Made by a program: the position numbers and the translations under genes. From a virus (lineage: Duplodnaviria; Caudoviricetes): 53,481 nucleotides of DNA. Positions 52,778 through 53,481 of the stretch are shown here, piece by piece. The notes beneath the pieces were generated by a model. The model was not told the origin of the DNA. It was given only the letters and a program-made list of their open reading frames with translations, and ran no database searches. The number at the start of each line of letters is the position of its first letter. The first letter of the stretch is position 1. The stretch is taken from IMG/VR virus record IMGVR_UViG_3300026283_000082, positions 1 to 53,481 of that record; one strand, written 5' to 3'.

Positions 52778-53481
52778 ATCCCGATTCGCTTGCCTACGCC
52801 GACAGTGTGTTGCTGGCCGCTCACCGAGCGGCGGCGTCGCAGCGGCTCGCCCTCGCCCTCCTTGTGCTGACCGTGCTGGCCGCGCTCGCACTCGTTTACT
52901 ACCGTCAGAGCAGGCAGATTGCAAGGGCGTCCATGACCGACGCCGAGCGCCTTGCCCTCGAAGCCATCGCCCGAAGCCCCGTGGTGCTTTGGACGGCAGA
53001 CCGAGAGGGCAACACCGAGAGGATTCGCCTGAGCGTGGGAGGCGGCCTTGCGGCGCTTGGCATCAAGCCGGGCGAGCTTGTGGGTACGTCTCTGGAGGAC
53101 TTTCACGCGGCTGATCCTAATGCCGAGGCGCTGAAAATAGCGCGACGGGTGATGGACACCGGGCACGAAGAGACCGCCGTGACCACTTATACGGTGCCCG
53201 CAACCGGAGAGACCCGTCACTACCTCACGGCCTTCGTGCCCACAACGTCCGGCAAGGTGGTAGGGCTTGCCGCAACCGTGATGGACGTGACCACTCTCGT
53301 GGATGAGGCCGAGAGTCGCAGGGTGGAGACGGTTACGCTTCGTCGCAGGCTTGACCGCCTTGACACCCGCGCTCGGGCTGCCGAACAAGAGGCCAAGGCA
53401 CTCCGATCCGGGGAAAAAGCTCGCCAGCGTGTAGGCACCCTGCTTGAGCCGAAAGACCTTGCACCCACCGATGCCGAATGA
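52774..53481 (+). CDS. Membrane-anchored PAS-domain protein with C-terminal coiled coil
   Basis: TM LALALLVLTVLAALALVYY; PAS-type PVVLWTADREG..LSVGGGLAALGIKPGELVGTSL...VVGLAATVMDVT; coiled coil; ATGA-coupled to the endolysin candidate. Confidence 0.75.
   Translation: MNPDSLAYADSVLLAAHRAAASQRLALALLVLTVLAALALVYYRQSRQIARASMTDAERLALEAIARSPVVLWTADREGNTERIRLSVGGGLAALGIKPGELVGTSLEDFHAADPNAEALKIARRVMDTGHEETAVTTYTVPATGETRHYLTAFVPTTSGKVVGLAATVMDVTTLVDEAESRRVETVTLRRRLDRLDTRARAAEQEAKALRSGEKARQRVGTLLEPKDLAPTDAE

Larger units (their letters stand above)
1300..53481. mobile_element. Integrated temperate prophage (siphovirus-type, Mu-like head/neck genes, tyrosine integrase); right end outside the window
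   Basis: Integrase and excisionase adjoin host parA, followed by replication, packaging, head, tail and lysis modules. The left boundary is approximate, somewhere in 1102-1396. Confidence 0.93.

Overview
The window begins with a host parA/soj gene (1-1101, minus strand). Its sequence style suggests Rhodothermales (an inference). The rest is about 52 kb of an integrated temperate siphovirus-type prophage whose right end lies beyond the window. The left arm (1397-25492) is almost all minus strand. It carries a tyrosine integrase, excisionase, MazG-like protein, RusA, primase, SF2 helicase, metallophosphoesterase, tRNA-Arg(UCU), an SSB/Gp157/AAA recombination module, an M20/M28 peptidase and many small early genes. 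The right arm (25811-53481) is mostly plus strand. It carries terminases, an inverted Mu-like portal plus morphogenesis pair, head genes, tail genes with a -1 frameshift chaperone, tape measure, tail tip and fibre, and a lysis region. Four signals are not explained by the gene calls. (1) A phage-wide 5' leader architecture: a GC stem with an NN(A/G)C(C/A)N hexaloop, then an A/C-rich spacer, then (C/T)CAGAAG(A) next to ATG. The full element precedes about 19 genes and the AGAAG box alone precedes 4 more. (2) A region of about 1.1 kb (about 23430-24566) with no convincing ORF that folds almost continuously. It is probably a large minus-strand ncRNA and starts with a 47-nt tRNA-like element lacking an anticodon arm. 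(3) A shared late-promoter motif, TTTGTGG-N20-TAYCTT. (4) A lysis cassette pairing an L,D-transpeptidase-like enzyme with a membrane-anchored PAS-domain protein. All calls were made by eye from motifs; no database searches or folding programs were run.
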